64,000 nt of DNA from Octopus vulgaris. Lineage: Eukaryota. Position numbers and translations under genes: made by a program. The notes beneath the pieces were generated by a model. The model was not told the DNA's origin. It searched no databases and was given only the letters and a program-made list of their open reading frames with translations. Positions 40,544 through 53,713 of the stretch are shown in pieces (the first letter of the stretch is position 1; each line of letters opens with the position of its first letter). The stretch lies in the NCBI GenBank assembly GCA_951406725.2, contig OX597831.1, forward strand, positions 3,410,001-3,474,000, read 5' to 3'.

Positions 40544-42427
40544 TCAGTAAAATAGTTGGAAATGTCTAATCTTGTACAATCTCTGGCTAGCCATGACAGC
40601 CACTATATCACGGGATACACTGTTAAGTGTGATGGCTCTAGATTTGACTGCAGTGTGACTTTAACTAGTATAGGTCAATCAAAGATGTACAATGATGGTT
40701 GATTGCCAGAATTGTCAGAGTGTAGTACAAATGTCTTCAGGTAACTGTCTGGTTCTTTATGCTTTGAGTTCAAAATCCAGCCAAGGTTAACATTATAATT
40801 CCTTTTCCCACAGTTGGTGAATTATGTACCAGTCAACTATTGAGGTTAATCTCAAATTTAGTTTTGTGTCTAAGTCACTATCACCATCACGACCATCATC
40901 ATCATCATCATCACCAACAACGTTATTAACGTTTTCTTTTTCTCCTTTTTTTTCTTTCTTTCTTTTTGGTAAAGGCTAAAAGTTATTACTAAAATGCATT
41001 TCAGTGTTTGCTCAGTCTCCCAACATCCACACGTGTCATCATCACAGGCACTTAAGAATATTCTAGCCTATTTCAAGATTTCTATATTTATTTATCTTCT
41101 GCACAGAGAACTTTCTGCAAGACAGTCATTGATTTTTTTTCCACTCTCACCCAACCTCAACTCTCTACCTCCTCCCCCCTCCCTTCTATTTCTCCTGCTC
41201 TTCTCTTTCTTTTTTTCCTCCTCCTCCCTCCTTCGCATCACCGTTGCTGTACCATCTCCATCTTCATCATCACCGCTTCCTCTGCCCTGCCAGCTGCCAA
41301 TTTGGATTGCTTTCCTTTTTAGAATTAGTTGTTTTGTAAAGAAAACTAATTATTTTACTTTGGAATTTGAAAAATTTCCCCAAGAGAATCGGTTAAAGGA
41401 ATTAAAGTTGGCCTGCAAATTTCCTTGACATGAGAAATAATTCAGCTGTAAAGAAGGGCAGTGTGTGTGTGTGTGTGTGTGTAACAGGGGGAAACTAGAG
41501 ACATAAGGATTGACAAAGAGTGAGGTAGAATGAGAAGAGAAGTGAGAGAGAGAGAGCAAGAGAGGGAGAGAGAGAACAGGACAGAGAGACAGAGACAGAG
41601 ACAGAGAGAGACAGAGAAATGGTGAGAGTTTGATAAAGATGACACCTATGGAAAACTCAAAAATGGATAGCTATGTGAGTGTATTGTTGCATGTATATAT
41701 ATATTATGCATACATATGTGTGTATGTGTGTCTCTGTCTCTCTGTCTCACTCTCACTCTTTCTCTTCATATATATATATATATATATATATAAACATATA
41801 TATATAGATATATGTACAAGGTGTTTGATTAAATTTAACAATTTGCATAAAAAGAAAGAAACCACAATGTTCCATTCAAAAACAAAAATATTTTGAACAA
41901 TCAAAAAATACCAACTAGATTATGGCTTAGAGATTGTGGTTTACTCAAAATAGCTGCCCTCAGTTTCCACCACGACCTCAGCATGACTCCAGAACCTGGT
42001 GCCTGCATTCTTCACTGTGTCCCTGGGAAGATATTTGAATACCTTCTTGATCTAGACCACCTGCTCAGTCTTGGTGTTGTGTTAGAGCAGTTGGTGTGTT
42101 TCTTAACCATGGGAACTGGTGAAGTTGTTAAAATTCTCTGACAATCACTTTTGACTCTTTCTGGTGGTAAGGCAAGGATCAGAGTCCTCTGCCAAACATA
42201 TGGCCTTTGGAGCATGCTGGGGTACTGCCTTGAAGTGTTCAGCCAAACAAATCGACCAGTTCTTGTTCTATTGGTCTTTTTTGCTGAACTGCTAACTTAT
42301 GGGAATGTAAACAAACCAACACCAATTGTCAAATGGTGATATAGGACAAACACAAACACAAAGACATACACACATAAATAGAAGGACACAGATGGGTTGA
42401 AGTTCACTACAGCTGTTTCAAACATGT

Positions 42428-42572
42428 TGAGTGACTGTGTGGTAAGTAGCTTGCTTACCAACTACATGGTTCCAGGTTCAGTCCCACTGCGTGGCACCTT
42501 GGGTAAGTATCTTCTACTATAGCCTTGGGCCGACCAAAGCCTAGTGAGTGGATTTGGTAGAAGCCTGTTGTA

Positions 42573-42615
<43 letters not shown>

Positions 42616-42825
42616 ATATGTTTGTGCGTCTGTGTTTGTCCCCCCAACATCACTTGACAACTGATGCTGGTGTGTTTACATCCCCGAAACTTAGCGGTTC
42701 GGGAAAAGAGACTGATAGAATAAGTACTGGGCTTCCAAAGAATAAGTCCTGGGGTCGATTTCCTTGACTAAAGGTGGTGCTCCAGCATGGCCGCAGTCAA
42801 ATGACTGAAACAAGTAAAAGAAAGG
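42428..42825 (+). mobile_element. SINE family A
   Basis: Matches the family consensus. Confidence 0.85.
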
Positions 42826-43884
42826 AAAAGAAAGAATAAAACCATTACATGACGTAAAAAACCCCCCCCTATTTTCTCAGAAAAAACAAATAACATTTTC
42901 TCAGGTGAATTATGAGTCAAACTTGACATTTAGTATTTTTCACACAAATAGTACATAACGCGTGACCATCCCATGTTGGTTAGAGCTGAGAGAGTATATA
43001 TAATGACTAATAAGGAATGGTGCAAGCAAATTATTTTACTACTGTAATTTATTGTCCTTTCAATTTACACTCGTTAGAATAAATGATCTGTTTACACTTT
43101 CATCTGATAGCCTCTGTCTGTGGATGAACTTAATTTACTAAAACAGGCACTTAATCATTTTGAAAACAAACCTGCTCTCTCAAGAGCTCTTGGTCCTGTG
43201 ATACAAGTATCTGGTTTTAAAAGTGGTCTAAATTAAAACTTTCCATCAAATTTTCATGTTAATTTATGGTCTAAACACCAGTTTAGCAATTACAGTAATT
43301 TTCATAAATTCTTTAATTGTTTTAAAAATTAACTGAAATTTATTCACCAAAAATATGGTAACAAAATAAAAAAAAAAAAAAAAAAAAAATTCAACAAAAA
43401 TTGAGAAATACACAAAATTATAAAAATATTAATTAGCTATTAGTGACAAAAACAGCTTTTGAAACGAATATTAATTAACACACTCAAACTAATTTGGATG
43501 TGTTGTTTATAATGCTGTCAACGACCCTGAAAATCATTTTGTGTAGTCGACAAATACTGTAAAGAATCTAAATTCTATTATTGGTCGGCGAAATTCTGTC
43601 AGTGCACCGGAATATGGCACTATGGTATCGTGTTGCAAATGCTTCTGGCACTAATAGCTAATTTGCATACAGCCTGCCATCTTTCTGAAACACCTCTAGC
43701 TATTTGACCAGTATCATTCCATTTTGGTTTGGCTGATTTTCTGTCTGGCATTCAGCTTGGCAGGCTTCCACTGATGATTCGTGGTATGGTGAAATCATGT
43801 GATATGGTAATATGGTAGAAGCATCCCCCAGTCTACTGATGGAATTTTGTCAACCAATAAGCTGATGGAAACTATATGGAAGCC

Positions 43885-43929
<45 letters not shown>

Positions 43930-43980
43930 TACATACATACTACATACATATATATATATATACATATACACACATACAAA

Positions 43981-44209
43981 CATGGCATGTAAACTGCACC
44001 ATCCGTCCGTGGCTGTTTGCCAGCTCCGTCTGGCACCTGTGCGGGTGGCACGTAAAAAGCACCCACTACACTCACAGAGTGGTTGGCATTAGGAAGGGCA
44101 TCCAGCCGCAGAAACATTGCCAGATCAGACTGGGCCTGGTGCAGCCTCCTGGCTTCACCTACCCCAGTTGAACCGTCCAACCCATGCCAGCATGAAAAGC
44201 GGACGCTAA

Positions 44210-44241
<32 letters not shown>
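43981..44241 (+). mobile_element. RTE 3' end
   Basis: gcacgtaaaaagcaccc...cggacgctaaat followed by (GAT)n. Confidence 0.8.
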
Positions 44242-44247
44242 ATATGT

Positions 44248-44450
44248 GGAGGCACATGGCCTAGTGGTTAGAGCAGTGGACTCGTGGTCGAGGGATCACA
44301 GGTTCAAATCTCCGACTGGGTGATGTGAGTGTTTATGAGCGAAATACTTAAGCTCCACGCTGTTCTGGCAGAAGGTAATGGCGAACTTCTGGGAAAGTGG
44401 CCCTTATGAGCCAAGCGTGGCTCGAGAAGGAACAAATAAACAACAGCAAC
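44248..44450 (+). mobile_element. SINE family C, internally deleted
   Basis: The tRNA-like head and the tail match 7853-8157. Confidence 0.75.
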
Positions 44451-44482
44451 ATATATATATACATACATACATATATATATAT

Positions 44483-44533
<51 letters not shown>

Positions 44534-44537
44534 TATA

Positions 44538-46351
44538 AGGATTTGGTTGAAGACCAACTGAAGGATACAACCTTCTATTGTGAAATACCCGCAAATATAG
44601 ACCACCACATCATGAAAAAGATCAACAACCTGATTTCAACACACCACAACTCACTTACGGATAATGAAAAAGACTACATCACCAATTTTGAACCAAAACC
44701 CAGCAACTTCTACGGCTTACCAAAAATACACAAATCAAAAAACATTCAACAGGCAGTAAAAGAACAAGAAAGTGAGTACATAAAATTATTACATCCAAAA
44801 GACCTAAAACTTAGACCTATTATAGCTGGTCCAGCATGCCCTACACACCGTCTAAGCAATTTTATTGACATTGTTTTGAAACCACTATGTACTTACATAC
44901 CAAGTTTCATCAGGGATGACATCGACTTCCTGTCCCATCTTCCCAAAACAACAGAAACAAATTCAGTTTTACTAAGTTTTGATGTGGTAAGCCTCTACAC
45001 CAATATTCCACACGATTTAGGAATAAAGGCGATTAAATACTGGTTAGAAAAACATAGAGAAGTGATTCCCAGCAGATTCACAGTGCCATTTATATTAGAC
45101 ACAGTCAAACTTATTCTAGAAAATAACACATTCTTCTTCAATGGAAAGAATTACATCCAAATTAGAGGCACGGCGATGGGAACGAGGTTTGCTCCCGTTT
45201 ACGCCAACTCTGTAATGGGATACTTAGAAGAACAACTCTACCAAGAGGTGGAGGTAAACTATGGCACTGGATTTAGAAAGTATATTGAAAAGGCATGGAA
45301 GAGATACCTAGACGACTGTTTCATAATCTGGACAGAATCTCTAAATACTCTGGAAGAGTTCAATATCCTCTTGAACAACCTACACCCATCTCTCAAATTT
45401 ACAAAGGAGATGAGTAGTACCAAATTACCATTCCTGGATATAATGGTAATTAAAAAAGACACCACCATCACCACAGATATATACTATAAACACACAGACA
45501 CACATCAATACCTAAATTTTAAGTCGTGCCATCCACCACATACAAAACGTAACATCCCATACTGCCTAGCAAGAAGAATTTGTACTATTGTAGAAGATGC
45601 AAATATCAGGAACAAACGCCTAATAGAACTAAGAGAATTTTTGCTCAAACAAAAATACCCATCTCTACTTATAGAAAATGGCATACAGCGGGCTATAAAA
45701 ATACCTATACAACAACTTAGGACAACCCAAGGAAGAGGAAAACAAGAACAAGTAATACCATTCATAGTGACACACAACCCATGTCACCAGAATATCTTCA
45801 ACATTGCCAAAGCAAACCTACCAATCATTGCCCAAAGTAATGAATTAAAAGACATAATCAAGGATCGAGCTATGGTGCTTAGTAAAAGACAGCCTAAAAA
45901 CTTGAAAACATTACTAACAAAGGCAAAATTTGACCTCAGCAACAAAGACCAAACATTCACGGTATCTAAATGCAATGATAGCCGATGTGGCACATGCCAA
46001 TTCATACATACCGGTCAATATATAAACACAAAAACCGGGAAAATATTCACAAACGCGAATATGAACTGCAAAAGCAGAAATTTAATTTACTGCATCAAAT
46101 GCCCAAATTGTGAAGAAATATATGTAGGTCAGACGGGAAACGCACTATTAGAACGCTCACATGTACACCGGCAACAGATTAGAGACCCAGAGGTCCGTCA
46201 GATACCTTTGAGTAACCACCTAGCAACATGTGGTCGGAAAATATATATAATATTTCCATTCTACAAATTACACAGCCCAAGTGAAATCGAGAGGAAAATC
46301 AGAGAAAAGAATTTTATTGATAAATTCGAACCCAAGCTAAATAAGCAATAA
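44538..46351 (+). CDS. Penelope-like retroelement polyprotein (RT plus GIY-YIG endonuclease), 5'-truncated, no internal stops
   Basis: FYGLPKIHK, LRPII, SFDVVSLYTNIP, GTAMG, RYLDD, FLD, linker CNDSRCGTC, and the GIY-YIG variant NLIYCIKCPNCEEIYVGQT...ER..HR. Confidence 0.93.
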
Positions 46352-46668
46352 TAATAATACTTAGAGGTATTACTTCCACTGCTACGACCATGACCACTAA
46401 CAACAACAACAATACTAAAGGTGATCAAGACGAAGATAGCAGGAAAATTATCTTATTTAGGGTTAAAAGTTCTATTGCCACCACCATCACCACTAGCAAC
46501 AATAATTAAGGTGCTGACAATGATGATGATGACAATTGAAATATAAAAATATAAAAATCTCTGACAAAGGATATTTACAACATTTCTAAAAATAACCCAA
46601 CAATTGCTGCTTCGGCCAGGGTCAAGATACAGGACTCTTGACCTGTCCAACAAAGCGTGATGCCTAAA

Positions 46669-46782
46669 CCAATCAGCTCAACCAACCAATCAGCTTAAGT
46701 AATTGAGTGATACTACACACTGATTGGTCAGAATACAGTTTGCAAAACCTAGCACTCTGGAGCCTACCCAGCTGTATTTATA
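46669..46782 (+). promoter_or_regulatory. Putative Pol II promoter in the PLE pseudo-LTR
   Basis: CCAAT at 46669 and 46686, ATTGG at 46723, TATTTATA at 46775. CCAAT, ATTGG and TATTTAA are retained in the 61.6-61.75 kb copy. Confidence 0.5.
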
Positions 46783-46845
46783 GCACAGAATCACTCATCT
46801 TGCTACAGTCAAAAATTGTGAAGCATGACTGTCAACACTACTACA

Positions 46846-46890
46846 TGAACCCGAAGATTGCAGAATTCAATGCATGAAAGTACTAGTTCA
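46846..46890 (+). ncRNA. Minimal type-I hammerhead motif (U4C core variant)
   Basis: UGAAC-CCGAAGA-UUGCA(loop)UGCAU-GAAA-GUAC-UA-GUUCA, with palindromic stem III AGUACU. Confidence 0.75.
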
Positions 46891-47030
46891 ATCAGAATGA
46901 ATATTTAACATTCTACTATTTCATTTTATTTTATTAAATTATAATATATTATCTTATAATATATCATTATAAGATTGTAAATAAAATGTGAAAATCAGAC
47001 AAGGTTGGAATTCTTTTTATTAATATATAT

Positions 47031-47738
47031 ATCATCATCATCGTTTAACGTCCGCTTTCCGCGCTAGCACGGGTTGGACGGTTTGACCGGGTCTGGGAAG
47101 CCAGGGGCCGCTCCAGGCTCCAGTCTGAATCTGGCAGAGTTTCTACGGCTGGATGCCCTTCCTAACGCCAACCACTCCGTGAGTGGATTGGGTGCTTTTT
47201 ACGTGCCACCTGCACAGGGGCCGGAGGGTCCGGCATCGTCACGATCGGATTCGAGCATTTTAACGTGTCAGCGGCACGGGGGCAACGAGGTCCGGGGTAC
47301 TTTGGGGATTGGGGTATTTTGGGGATCCAGGGTACTTTGGGGATCCGGGGTACTTTGGGGATCCGGGGTACTTAGAATGGGTAGGGGGTACTTAGAATGG
47401 GTAGGGGGGTACTTAGAATGGGTAGGGGGTATGTGGAATTGCTGCAGAAAGCAGCCCGGGTCTTTGTAGTCACAGCATATCTCCAGAGATCTCGGTCCTT
47501 CGCCATTGCCTCAGTGAGGCCCAATGCTCTGAGGTCATGCTTGACCACCTCATCCCATGTCTTCCTGGGTCTACCTCTCCCCCTGATACCTTCAACTGTT
47601 TGGGAGTGGCACTTCTTCACACATCTCTCTTCATCCATCCGCAGCACATGACCATACCATCGCAAGCGTCGCTCTTGCACACCACATCTGATGCTTCTTA
47701 TATCCAGCATTTCTCTCAGGATACTTACACTCTGTTTT
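47031..47738 (-). mobile_element. 3' segment of the full-length RTE (RT C-terminus, 3' UTR minisatellite, (GAT)n tail)
   Basis: Begins aaaacagagtgtaag, exactly where the plus-strand ORF breaks off at 53056-53065. Encodes RRLRWYGHVLRM...GRGRPRKTW. Confidence 0.9.
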
Positions 47739-49469
47739 AAATTCCCAGTTCAACTACTTTCTTCTTCAATTTCAACTCCCGCTCGATGACCGCAGCAAGT
47801 TCTTAAAAAATTTATCTTACTATATTTTTTTATTCGTTGTTAATACGTTTATTCATACACTGTTACGAAAATTTAACCTTTTTTAGGCTACTTTCAAGCC
47901 TTCGCCATAACTTGATTTATCTTCCTATCTCTCTCTCTACAATATTTAACCGCAGGCTGCCTCAAGCCGTAATCCCATCTTTTTCCCATCTGTCTTCTTT
48001 TTCCTCCTCTTCTTCTTCATATGCTAAAACTTGAAAACCGCCATTACTATTACTATTACGATTCTGCAATTTAAATTCCCAGTTCAACTACTTTCTTCTT
48101 CAATTTCAACTCCCGCTCGATGACCGCAGCAAGTTCTTAAAAATTTATCTTACTATATTTTTTTATTCGTTGTTAATACGTTTATTCATACACTGTTACG
48201 AAAATTTAACCTTTTTTAGGCTACTTTCAAGCCTTCGCCATAACTTGATTTATCTTCCTATCTCTCTCTCTACAATATTTAACCGCAGGCTGCCTCAAGC
48301 CGTAATCCCATCTTTTTCCCATCTGTCTTCCTTTTCCTCCTCTTCTTCTTCATATGCTAAAACTTGAAAACCGCCATTACTATTACTATTACGATTCTGC
48401 AATTTAAATTCCCAGTTCAACTACTTTCTTCTTCAATTTCAACTCCCGCTCGATGACCGCAGCAAGTTCTTAAAAAATTTATCTTACTATATTTTTTTAT
48501 TCGTTGTTAATACGTTTATTCATACACTGTTACGAAAATTTAACCTTTTTTAGGCTACTTTCAAGCCTTCGCCATAACTTGATTTATCTTCCTATCTCTC
48601 TCTCTACAATATTTAACCGCAGGCTGCCTCAAGCCGTAATCCCATCTTTGTTAATACGTTTATTCATACACTGTTACGAAAATTTAACCTTTTTAGGCTA
48701 CTTTCAAGCCTTCGCCATAACTTGATTTATCTTCCTATCTCTCTCTCTACAATATTTAACCGCAGGCTGCCTCAAGCCGTAATCCCATCTTTTTCCCATC
48801 TGTCTTCTTTTTCCTCCTCTTCTTCTTCATATGCTAAAACTTGAAAACCGCCATTACTATTACTATTACGATTCTGCAATTTAAATTCCCAGTTCAACTA
48901 CTTTCTTCTTCAATTTCAACTCCCGCTCGATGACCGCAGCAAGTTCTTAAAAAATTTATCTTACTATATTTTTTTATTCGTTGTTAATACGTTTATTCAT
49001 ACACTGTTACGAAAATTTAACCTTTTTTAGGCTACTTTCAAGCCTTCGCCATAACTTGATTTATCTTCCTATCTCTCTCTCTACAATATTTAACCGCAGG
49101 CTGCCTCAAGCCGTAATCCCATCTTTTTCCCATCTGTCTTCTTTTTCCTCCTCTTCTTCTTCATATGCTAAAACTTGAAAACCGCCATTACTATTACTAT
49201 TACGATTCTGCAATTTAAATTCCCAGTTCAACTACTTTCTTCTTCAATTTCAACTCCCGCTCGATGACCGCAGCAAGTTCTTAAAAAATTTATCTTACTA
49301 TATTTTTTTATTCGTTGTTAATACGTTTATTCATACACTGTTACGAAAATTTAACCTTTTTTAGGCTACTTTCAAGCCTTCGCCATAACTTGATTTATCT
49401 TCCTATCTCTCTCTCTACAATATTTAACCGCAGGCTGCCTCAAGCCGTAATCCCATCTTTTTCCCATCT
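47739..49469 (+). repeat. Tandem array of 333/334-bp monomers (about 5.2 units) at the RTE 5' end
   Basis: Identical 65-aa pseudo-ORF starts at 47837, 48170, 48504, 48981 and 49315. One 144-bp partial unit spans 48504-48647. Confidence 0.95.
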
Positions 49470-50167
49470 TTCAGCCATTGCGGTGCGCCCGCCCCCCACC
49501 CCCACCCCCACCACCAATACCGTTGAACACTGTTCTCACCCCCACCACCAATACCGTTGAACACTGTTCTCACCCCCACCACCAATACCGTTGAACACTG
49601 TTCTCACCCCCCCACCACCAATACCAGTATACCCCGTTCTCTCCATCTACACCGGATACACCTTACTCATCTACACTGGGTACGCCCTACTCCCTCCTCC
49701 TCCCCCCACTACCACTTCTCCTCATATGCTTAAGACAAGCTGCTAGCGCCATAGCTCATCAACTGCCCACCGATCTTACGCTTCCTCCTGACACTGCCTC
49801 AATCCGACCATACCATCCCCTTTTAGTACCCTTCTCCTCATATGCTTAAGACAAGCTGCTAGCGCCATAGCTCATCAACTGCCCACCGATCTTACGCTTA
49901 CTGCCTCAATCCGACCATCCCCTTTTAGTACCCTCCCGCCTCGTCAATCCGACCATCCCCTTTAGTACCCTCCCGCCTCGTAATATCCTACGTTTTTATT
50001 TCTTAGGAACCTACACCAACCCTTCCTGCCATCGTTCCTCCTTACCCCAACCTTCCCCACTGGTTGCTCCCCTATATTACCCGCCTCAACTGGACCTCCC
50101 CAACTCAACTCTAGAATATCTGTATTTCTTTCCTCTACCTAATTACGTTACTCAGAGACGATAACAA
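49470..50167 (+). repeat. C-rich RTE 5' UTR with nested short duplications
   Basis: A unit of about 33 bp (ccccaccaccaataccgttgaacactgttctca) occurs three times. A duplication of about 115 bp lies at 49716 and 49832. Confidence 0.8.
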
Positions 50168-53064
50168 ATGTCCACTGCTAACACCAGCTCCTGCCCACGG
50201 CGTGGTCAGGTTGGAAGAGAGATCAAAAGAAAAATACCACGAAAACTATCACCACCACTACAACCCTCCTCTTCTCAGGCGCCGAATCCCCCTGTCCCCC
50301 CCACATCTCCTTCCCAGTTTTCAGAGTTGGCACTATCAATGTTGGTACATTGACAGGCAAGTCTAGTGAGATTGTAGAGATGCTAGAGAGAAGACAGGTT
50401 GATGTATGCTGCATACAAGAGGTAAGATGGAGAGATGCTTCGGCTAGGGTCCTCACGGGCAAGGCACTTAGATACAAACTCTACTGGCAAGGTAACGCGG
50501 AAGGTGTAGGGGGTGTAGGCATTCTCCTTGCGGAGGAATGGGTGGATAAGGTCATAGAGGTTGTCAGGGTTTGTGATAGAGTGCTTAAGCTCAGGTTGGT
50601 CCTACAGAGTGGCACAGCTATGATTATCTCAGCCTATGCCCCACAAGCGGGACTACCAAATGATCAGAAGGACAACTTTTATGATACCCTTCTGCAGGCT
50701 ACTTCAAAGACTAGTAACAAGGACCTCATCTTTGTAGGTGGAGATTTTAACGGGCATGTTGGGCGGGAATCGGGTATCTTCACTGGGGTACATGGTGGAT
50801 ATGGTATTGGCACCAGAAACGATGAGGGAACTAGACTACTGGAATTCTGTGATGCATGTAACCTTTCAATCTGCAACACTAACTTCAAGAAGCCAGTCTG
50901 CCACCTTATAACTTATCAGTCAGGAGACTCCGCTAGCCAAATAGACTTCATCCTCACCAGACAACGGGATGCAGGGTTGCTCTTGAATACAAAGACCCTC
51001 CCGGGTGAAGAATGTATCCCTCAGCATAGACTAATCATCAGTGACTTTAAGCTTGAGGCCAGAAGGACTCCAAGAAACAAACCAATCCAGAAAAGAAGGA
51101 TTTGGAGGCTAAAGAACCCTTCGCATGGTCAGAAATTTAGGGACATACTCATCAAGAAATTTGATGAGAGGGAAGAGGAGCTTCAGACGTCAGACATAGA
51201 AGGTAGCTGGGAATTCCTACGGGACAGCTTGTTGAGTGCCACAGACCAAGTTTGTGGATGGTGCAAAGTCCCTTCCAGACCTAGAATTACGTGGTGGTGG
51301 AATAGTGCAGTAGATAAAGCCATCTGTGAAAAGAGACGGGCCTGGAAAGCCTGGAAGGAGGGGGCAGCAGGGAACTGTACCAGATAGCCAAAAGGGAGGC
51401 TGGGCGGCAGGTATACATTGCCAAAGATGTAGCAGAAAAGAAGAAGTTTGCCAATGTCCAGCGTCGCGAGGATCAAAGAGCTGAAGTATTTCGGATTGCC
51501 AGACAGTGTGTCAGAGAAAATAGCGATGTTATAGGAGAGAAATGTGTCCGCATGGATGATGGGGCACTTGCTTTTACTACTAGTGAAAAGAAAGAGGCCT
51601 GGAGAAGCCATTATGAAAGACTGCTAAATGAGGAGAATGAATGGGAGGAGGAGAGCCTGCCAAATGTTGACCCAGTAGAGGGACCAGCTACCCGAATAGA
51701 CAGCTCCCTTGTAGATAAGGCAATTAAGGATATGAAACCAGGCAAAGCCCCTGGCCTATCAGGAATCACTGCTGAGATGCTTAAAACAGCTGGCTATGTG
51801 GGCCATGCCATAGTCACCCGCATTGTAAACCAGGTAGTTCACAATGGAGCCATACCCAATGACTGGTGCAGCAGTACCATAGTCAACTGCTACAAGGGTA
51901 AGGGTGATGCTCTAGATAGAAATAACTACAGAGGTATCAAACTGTTGGACCAGGTGATGAAGGTCTCAGAGAAGGTCATAACCAATCTCATTAGGAGAGA
52001 ATTTGTTTAGATGAAATGCAGTTCGGTTTTGTACCAGGTAGAAGCACCACTGATGCTATATTCCTGGTCCGACAACTGCAGGAGAAGTACCTAGCTAAAG
52101 ATAAACCCCTCTACATAGCTTTTGTAGACTTGGAGAAAGCCTTTGACAGGGTTCCCCGTTCCCTTATCTGGTGGTCGATGCGGAAACTGGAGATTGAAGA
52201 ATGGCTAATAAGGGCTGTACAGGCTCTATACAGAGAGGCTGTTAGCAAGGTTAGGATTGGCAACGAATATAGTGAAGAATTCCGAGTAGAAGTAGGTGTG
52301 CACCAGGGCTCAGCCCTCAGTCCCCTTTTGTTCATCATAGTACTTCAAGCAATAACAGAGGAATTCAAAACGGGATGCCCCTGGGAGCTCCTCTATGCCG
52401 ATGACCTAGCTCTCATAGCAGAATCACTACCGGAACTAGAAGAGAAATTTCGGGTATGGAAGCAAGGGTTGGAATCAAAGGGCCTTAGAATAAATGTAGC
52501 AAAGACCAAAGTATTAGTAAGCAGCAAGAGGTACTCAACACACATCCCTTCGGGTAGGTGGCCCTGCTCAACCTGTAGGAAAGGTACAGGTAGAAACTCC
52601 ATAAGATGCACCCAATGTAAGTTATGGACACATAAGAGGTGCAGCAACATTAAAGGGAAATTAACAGATAAGATAGCTTTCATGTGCGGCAGATGCACAG
52701 GGACAATAGACACAACAGACACTCAGAAAACAGATTCCATCACACTCCAGGGAGAGAAACTAGAAGTAGTTGATAGTTTCCGCTACCTGGGAGACCAAGT
52801 TAGTAGCGGAGGTGGATGCACAGAGAGTATCACCACTAGAATACGAATAGCCTGGGCAAAGTTCAGAAAGCTCCTACCCCTACTGGCAACAAAAGGCCTC
52901 TCCCTCAGAGCAAAAGGTAGATTATATGATGCATGTGTGCGAACTGCCATGCTTCACGGTAATGAAACATGGGCTGTGACTGCAGAAGACATGCGTAGAC
53001 TTGAAAGAAATGAAGCTAGCATGATCCGCTGGATGTGTAGTGTCAGTGTGCACGCAAAACAGAG

Positions 53065-53065
<1 letters not shown>
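50168..53065 (+). pseudogene. RTE-clade LINE ORF (APE endonuclease, RT, PHD finger) with 2-3 frameshifts
   Basis: APE motifs NVGTL, CIQEVRW, SAYAPQ, GDFNGHVG, SQIDFIL. RT motifs KAPG, NYRGIKLL, QFGF, FVDLEKAFD, GVHQGSALSP, YADD, FRYLG. Frameshifts near 51360 and 52000. Confidence 0.93.
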
Positions 53066-53121
<56 letters not shown>

Positions 53122-53680
53122 AAATTTAATTCATCCCCTCCTAAACATGGATGTTCTGTTAGAACAAACTATACTGTGGTAGTTACCACGAGAGAAACTC
53201 TCATATTGGCTTTTGGTGCAAAATGTGCTCTTATTTATATCATTAGTGGGGAGATAAATCCCTGCCATCTCCTGCCCTGAGACCACCAGATCATGTAATT
53301 TTGATCTTCCTTGGCCCTGTCAATAATGGACGCTTGACTGCTAGAGCTAACAGCAGTTCATCTCCACCTGTGATATATAGAACAACAGTGCCAAAAGACA
53401 GGCAGTGGTGTTATGATTAGCCAGTGAACTAGTTTAAAAAGTAATTCTTAGCCACAGACGTAATACTGAGAGGTAATATTTATCCTCACTTAAACGTGGA
53501 TGTCTGTGGAAGTGGCACTGGCTAAGATTGAGTGATTTGAAGCCAGAGAGAGAAGTGATTCTTCTGTGCTGTGCAGGAAGAAGCTCTTTGGACAAATTAT
53601 ATAAAATGCAGGTTTGACAATACAGATGAGAGTGATGAATGAAAGGTATGTGGTGAGAAAAAAACAGAGAGGCTGTATGG

Positions 53681-53681
<1 letters not shown>

Positions 53682-53713
<32 letters not shown>

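Larger units (their letters stand above)
46352..47022 (+). mobile_element. PLE 3' UTR / pseudo-LTR ending in (TA)n
   Basis: Colinear homologue at 61276-61973 with the same 3' endpoint before (TA)n. Confidence 0.85.

Noticed and set aside
44248-44320. Functional tRNA gene
   Set aside because: The acceptor and T stems are imperfect and the sequence continues into a SINE body. The same applies to the heads at about 8100 and 35850.
44378-44537. N-terminal 53 aa of the 657-aa ORF
   Set aside because: The ATG lies in a SINE and the frame runs through (TA)n. This is a chance in-frame fusion to a 5'-truncated PLE ORF.
47739-49469. CRISPR-like array or repeated 65-aa gene
   Set aside because: The units are contiguous near-identical monomers with no unique spacers and no cas genes. 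The ORF has a TTG start and no recognisable motif.
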